Assembly (NCBI RefSeq): GCF_052095695.1 | Contig: NZ_JBQDLQ010000004.1 | Coordinates: 4,200 to 68,199, forward strand | Length of the DNA: 64,000 bases | Direction of reading: 5' to 3' | Source: Halomonas sp. | GTDB lineage: Bacteria; Pseudomonadota; Gammaproteobacteria; Pseudomonadales; Halomonadaceae | Shown: one piece after another, positions 59,505 to 64,000 of the stretch | How positions within the stretch are numbered: position 1 is the first letter of the stretch | Layout of the letters: each line of letters begins with the position of its first letter | The notes under the pieces: generated by a model | Told to the model about the DNA's origin: nothing | The model's database searches: none | The model's input: only the letters and a program-made list of their open reading frames with translations | Position numbers and translations under genes: made by a program

Positions 59505-59945
59505 ATGAGTGATAATTTACGCTCCATCAGTATCACATTGGTTGCCGAAGCCAAGCAGGTAAAGCGCTTTACCCTAACGCAGTGGCGTATTGCGGAACTT
59601 GCTTTGGGCGATCAGGGACCAATTGCGCTTCAACTACAGCTTTCGATGACCGAGCGCGCGGCATATCGCTTCAATTTAACCTCTAGTGCACCGCGTCTAT
59701 TTGTCCGTGCGGGCTTTACCGGGCAAGCACCGCAACCCGATGCAATAACGGCCAGCCAAGATGTTGCAGCAGGCTGGATGGATGGTGAGCAGCAGGTGCT
59801 GGAAGCCTTGATGCCGATGGCGATTCAGATATGGATTGAAAACTATCTTGCTCGCCACGGAGAGGCACCCGTCGAGGTGCGCAAGAAAAAACGCAAAGGG
59901 GCAGGGCGCGCAAAAGAGATGCCTGCCAATGAGCCGCCGCGATGA
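59505..59945 (+). CDS. DUF3305-family FDH-associated protein
   Basis: ERAAYRFNLTSSAPRLFV, ITASQDVA, basic RKKKRK tail; canonical position before DUF3306. Confidence 0.75.
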   Translation: MSDNLRSISITLVAEAKQVKRFTLTQWRIAELALGDQGPIALQLQLSMTERAAYRFNLTSSAPRLFVRAGFTGQAPQPDAITASQDVAAGWMDGEQQVLEALMPMAIQIWIENYLARHGEAPVEVRKKKRKGAGRAKEMPANEPPR

Positions 59946-60598
59946 ATCGCCTGGAACGCTGGTCGCGCCTAAAGCGCGATGCCCAAAAGGAAAGCGGTGC
60001 CTCGCCGGGCGTAGTGCCTGCCAGCGGGCCTGCAGATGACATCACCGTGGAGCCGGCTGGCGTGCTTCATAGTGGCGCCGAGCAGCCGCACGCCACCGTT
60101 GACCAACGGTCGGCACCGGCACTGAAAGAACAAGAGCCAGAACGCGAACCCGCGCCCGGCAGTCTCGATCACACGTTGCCCGACCCCGATACCCTGGATG
60201 TCGGCAGCGACTTTAGTGCATTCATGCTGCCGGGCGTCAGTGGAGCCCTGCGCCGACGCGCTTTGAAGCGCCTTTGGGCCACCGGTAATTACAACGTGCG
60301 CGATGGTTTGGATGACTATGATGCTGACTATCGCCAACAGCTCAAGCCCATGGCCTCTGGGCTTGCCAGCAAACTGCGTAGTTGGACTCATAAAGTAGAG
60401 GAGACGCTGGATAAGCCGCTAGACGATGCTTCTGCTGAGCCACAAAAAGAGCAGGAGGCCAGCGAGAAATCCAATGATCACTCGATCGCGTTTGAAAACG
60501 AACCCGCTATACCTGGCAGTGCCAACGATAGCGCTGTAGAAAAGCCCTCTCTAGACGACCAGTCTGATTTAATATTTGACCCTCAAAAGAAAGTCTAG
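59942..60598 (+). CDS. DUF3306-family FDH-associated protein
   Basis: RWSRLK, LPDPDTL...SDFSAFM...LRRRALKRLW...DGLDDYDADY. Confidence 0.85.
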   Translation: MNRLERWSRLKRDAQKESGASPGVVPASGPADDITVEPAGVLHSGAEQPHATVDQRSAPALKEQEPEREPAPGSLDHTLPDPDTLDVGSDFSAFMLPGVSGALRRRALKRLWATGNYNVRDGLDDYDADYRQQLKPMASGLASKLRSWTHKVEETLDKPLDDASAEPQKEQEASEKSNDHSIAFENEPAIPGSANDSAVEKPSLDDQSDLIFDPQKKV

Positions 60599-60797
60599 AT
60601 ATTTTTATTAATGACTGTAAATCAATTTGTTAGAGTTAATTTTCCCTTTTTTTTCTGACTACGTTAAACGTAATTAAGTTGGCTAAACACCGTGTTACGC
60701 CTAGGCTCAACTTAGCGTCAACGAAACGTTATGCCATAATAGTTAAATAATATTGCTAAAAATTATAATAAGAATTATTCACTGACCGTGAGAATGC

Positions 60798-62525
60798 ATG
60801 AATCAAAGAATCCAACTGGCGTCGATAGACGACCAGCGCAATGCCGAGGCTCGGGAAACGGTACGCCGACGTATTTCTTGGCCCGCTAATTTAACGCCTG
60901 CTAATGTTACCTATCATAGCCGTGGCCATGCACTGCTGATAGGCGCGGCCGCCGACATATACCCGGCTGCCCGCGCTCTTCAGGGGCGCGGCCTTGCATC
61001 GCTTACGCTGCTTGTGACTGAGCCTGTTGAGAAGGGGGCTGAAAGTGAGGCTGCCGAGCTAACCGGGGCCAGCGAGCCTTTAGTGACGCAAATGCTCACC
61101 CTCGAGCAGCTAAGCCAACTGCGCATAAGCGGCTATTTGGGGGCATTTAGCGCTCGCTTAGATGACGGCGATGCTCCGCTGGATCTCGCCAGGGCTTTGA
61201 TTGAGCGCGACGGATTTGACCTTGTGCTCGATCTTGCAGCGACGGGTCATTCCCAGCGTTCAGAATTGCTGTCACCTGGCTATGTCGTGATGCATTGGCA
61301 GGATGTTGAGCAGCGCAGTGAAACACTCGAAAATTTTGCCGGGTTGGTCGGTGAGTTCGACAAGCCGCGGTACTTTCAGGTCAACAGCGACCTATGCGCC
61401 CACTCCACTAGCGGCAATATTGGCTGTACCCGCTGTTTGGATGTCTGCCCGGCAGATGCTATCTCCAGCATTCAAGGGCGTATTGAGTCCCATATTGAAA
61501 TTGACCCTTACCTTTGCCAAGGCGTGGGCAGCTGTACCAGCGCCTGCCCTACGGGGGCGATCGAGTTTCGCATGCCAGAAACACGCCGCCAGCAGGATAC
61601 GCTGTCTACGTGGCTCGCGGCCTATCGCGATGCCGGTGGCCAGGTGCCGGTGCTGCGTTTTCTTACCCATGATTCGCAAGACGCTGAGCGCGCAACCGGC
61701 GTGGTGCCTGCAGGCCATGTGATTGATGCTCCGTTGGAAGAGCTGGGGGCGGCGGGCCACGACCAGTGGCTAACCGCACTGGCTGCGGGTGCTGCCGAGG
61801 TGCGTATCCAGCTGCATCCGAGTATGCCTGCCCGCTTAAGCATTTTTTTGAACGACCAGATCGCTCAAGCGCATGCCATACTAGATGCCTTGGGGCACGA
61901 CCGCGCTCGTGTACAGCTGGTTGGCGTCGCCGATGGGGTTGCGCGTGATGCGCTGCCGACGCTTCCACCCCTGACCGATGCGCCGCTGTACCTCCCCGAG
62001 CCCGAAAAGCGCGCGCGCTTGAACCGCGTGTTAGCGCGGCTTGCCGAACTGGGCACCTCTAGTGGTGAGCGTACGACGATGCCAACAGGTGCAGCCTACG
62101 GCGCGATTCAGGTCGATCGCGATGCCTGTACGCTGTGCCATGCCTGTGTCAGCAACTGCCCTACGCCCGCGTTAAAATCTGGTGGCAATACGCCCGCCCT
62201 TAGCTTTCTTGAAGCGGATTGCGTGCAATGCGGTCTTTGTGAGCAGGCGTGCCCAGAAAACGCGATTACGCTGATGCCAGGCTTTTTAGCAGACGACGCC
62301 CGTGAAACGCGGCATATCTGCCATGAAGAAGCGGCCTTTGAATGCATCAACTGCGGCAAACCATTTGCCACCGTGAGCACGGTAGCGGCGATTAAACACA
62401 AGCTTGCCCATCATCCCTACTTTGCCGGTGAGGCGATGATCCGCCTGGAAATGTGCGAAGACTGCCGGGTGAAGGATGTCTGGAAAACCATGATCCGCGA
62501 TCCTGACGCGCAACTGAAGGTATAA
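60798..62525 (+). CDS. Polyferredoxin 4Fe-4S protein of the FDH cluster
   Basis: CAH...GCTRCLDVCP, CQGVGSCTSACP, CTLCHACVSNCP, CVQCGLCEQACP, CINCGKPF, MCEDCR. Confidence 0.9.
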   Translation: MNQRIQLASIDDQRNAEARETVRRRISWPANLTPANVTYHSRGHALLIGAAADIYPAARALQGRGLASLTLLVTEPVEKGAESEAAELTGASEPLVTQMLTLEQLSQLRISGYLGAFSARLDDGDAPLDLARALIERDGFDLVLDLAATGHSQRSELLSPGYVVMHWQDVEQRSETLENFAGLVGEFDKPRYFQVNSDLCAHSTSGNIGCTRCLDVCPADAISSIQGRIESHIEIDPYLCQGVGSCTSACPTGAIEFRMPETRRQQDTLSTWLAAYRDAGGQVPVLRFLTHDSQDAERATGVVPAGHVIDAPLEELGAAGHDQWLTALAAGAAEVRIQLHPSMPARLSIFLNDQIAQAHAILDALGHDRARVQLVGVADGVARDALPTLPPLTDAPLYLPEPEKRARLNRVLARLAELGTSSGERTTMPTGAAYGAIQVDRDACTLCHACVSNCPTPALKSGGNTPALSFLEADCVQCGLCEQACPENAITLMPGFLADDARETRHICHEEAAFECINCGKPFATVSTVAAIKHKLAHHPYFAGEAMIRLEMCEDCRVKDVWKTMIRDPDAQLKV

Positions 62526-62529
62526 GCCG

Positions 62530-63168
62530 ATGACGGATGGATTGCACGGGCTGAAAGAAGCAGATGCGCTACGCGCCGATATATACCGGCTGTTGGCCAC
62601 TTTATTGCGCCAAGCCCCGGATGCAGACCTGCTGACATGGCTCGCTGAGCTGGCGATTGAACAAGATGGCAGCCAACTTGCAAAGCGCTGGCAAGCATTG
62701 GCAGATGCGGCAGCCGCCATGGATGAAACTGGCGCTGGCGTAGACCCGCTGCAGCGCGCTCACTTTCGTCATCTAGTGGGCGTCATTCAGGGAGACGTCG
62801 TGCCGTATGCCTCATGGTATCGCAATGGTGAGTTGATGGAAGCCGCGCTAGTGGCGCTGCGTCAAGACCTCCGAGTGCTTGGTTTTGAACGCAGTGAGCA
62901 CACCCGGGACCCTGAAGACCACCTGGCGGCGCTATGTGAAGTAATGGCTATGCTGATTGAGTCTGAAAGCCATGAACAGGCCTACTTTTTTAGTCAACAT
63001 ATTGCCCCCTGGGCAGCCAGCTGTTTCGACGACCTAGAGCAGGTAGACACCGCTTTTTATGCGGCACTGGGAGCGTTAGGCAGCGCTTATGTGGAAAGCG
63101 AAAGAGCGAGCTTAAGCATTGATGCTGACCACGCTCCGGTGCGTATTATTGAACGCAAACGTGGATAG
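62530..63168 (+). CDS. TorD/DmsD-family redox enzyme chaperone
   Basis: VPYASWY, PEDHLAALCEVM, HIAPW. Confidence 0.9.
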   Translation: MTDGLHGLKEADALRADIYRLLATLLRQAPDADLLTWLAELAIEQDGSQLAKRWQALADAAAAMDETGAGVDPLQRAHFRHLVGVIQGDVVPYASWYRNGELMEAALVALRQDLRVLGFERSEHTRDPEDHLAALCEVMAMLIESESHEQAYFFSQHIAPWAASCFDDLEQVDTAFYAALGALGSAYVESERASLSIDADHAPVRIIERKRG

Positions 63169-63230
63169 ACCGTCGGCGATAGCCGCGTATAAAAAGACCC
63201 AGCATAAAATATAGGCGAGAGGAGAAAACC

Positions 63231-63431
63231 ATGCACACCCCCCACAATTCTGAGCGCCGCCGGTTTATGAAAACGGTTGGGTTAGGAGCCGCCGCCGCTG
63301 GTGCCGCGGCCGCCGCCGGTCATGTCACCTTAGCTCAGGCTGATAGCGCCCCGGCGAAAGAAGAAAAACAAACGGTTAACTACCGTGAGACCGACCACGT
63401 TCGTGCGTATTACGCCTCGCTGCGTGATTGA
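63231..63431 (+). CDS. Small Tat-signal protein of formate dehydrogenase clusters
   Basis: ERRRFMK twin-arginine motif; C-terminal YRETDHVRAYY. Confidence 0.85.
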   Translation: MHTPHNSERRRFMKTVGLGAAAAGAAAAAGHVTLAQADSAPAKEEKQTVNYRETDHVRAYYASLRD

Positions 63432-63455
63432 CGGCAGAATGCCAGGAGATTAGCC

Positions 63456-64000
63456 ATGCGCTTAACTCGCAAAACAGACGCCCCCAAGGCCCCTGGGCTG
63501 GGTATTTCACGCCGTCAGTTCCTTAAACGCAGCGGTGCTGCCACGGGTGGCGTTGCCGCGGTTGGCTTTATGGGCGCGCCGATGATGCGGCGCGCCGAGT
63601 CCGCCGATAAAACGCCCGTGCTGGACTCACCCGTAGAAACAAAACGCACCATTTGCTCGCACTGTTCGGTGGGCTGTGGCGTCTATGCGGAAGTGCAGGA
63701 AGGCATTTGGACCAAGCAGGAACCGGCATTCGATCATCCGATCAATCGCGGGGCGCACTGTGCGAAAGGCGCCTCACTGCGCCAACACGGCCATTCCACG
63801 CGGCGCCTCAAGTATCCCATGAAATTAGTGGCGGGCGAGTGGGAGCGGATGAGCTGGGATGACGCCATTGATGAAATTGGCGACAAGCTGCTCGAACTAC
63901 GCGAAGCACATGCCCCTGACAGCGTTTACTGGCTGGGGTCGGCTAAGTTTAGTAATGAGCAAGCCTACCTGATGCGTAAGCTTGCTTCGCTGTGGGGTAC
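63456..64000 (+). CDS. Formate dehydrogenase alpha subunit (Tat-exported molybdo/tungsto-enzyme), partial
   Basis: Not in the ORF track. Manual translation gives MRLTRK...SRRQFLKRSG...TICSHCSVGCG...GAHCAKG...RRLKYPMK...WLGSAKFSNEQAY; runs off the right edge. Confidence 0.9.
   Translation, partial: MRLTRKTDAPKAPGLGISRRQFLKRSGAATGGVAAVGFMGAPMMRRAESADKTPVLDSPVETKRTICSHCSVGCGVYAEVQEGIWTKQEPAFDHPINRGAHCAKGASLRQHGHSTRRLKYPMKLVAGEWERMSWDDAIDEIGDKLLELREAHAPDSVYWLGSAKFSNEQAYLMRKLASLWG

Noticed and set aside
59505-64000. DUF3305-DUF3306-ferredoxin-TorD-Tat-FDH cluster as novel
   Set aside because: This is a recurrent proteobacterial FDH gene arrangement. The catalytic Cys/Sec codon lies beyond the window, so selenocysteine use cannot be assessed.

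Overview
A gene-dense gammaproteobacterial chromosome segment. Gene content and order look Halomonas-like, which is an inference. It is dominated by nutrient scavenging. From left to right: a partial HpxO-like urate hydroxylase; an iron ABC/TonB operon; fbaB; an uncharacterised catabolic cluster (Rieske oxygenase, rubredoxin-reductase fusion, ALDH, FAD oxidase, cupin, BCCT transporter, LysR); two MocR-family regulators with neighbours (DUF1127, PhzF, tag, pcs); a 12.4-kb integrase-free block bounded by a 134-bp imperfect direct repeat that encodes a hydantoin racemase, hydantoinase and D-carbamoylase plus dgcN-dgcA-dat D-amino-acid genes; codBA; a TetR-RND pump with a perfect 42-bp palindrome; a reductive pyrimidine operon; and a Mo-cofactor/formate dehydrogenase cluster running off the right end. 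I saw no tRNA, rRNA, CRISPR array, integrase or transposase. There are two best candidates for an undescribed system. The first is the Rieske oxygenase whose only local electron donor is a rubredoxin-reductase fusion. The second is the repeat-bounded island that may route a hydantoin through a D-amino acid such as D-Glu. All product calls come from motif recognition by eye, not from database searches.
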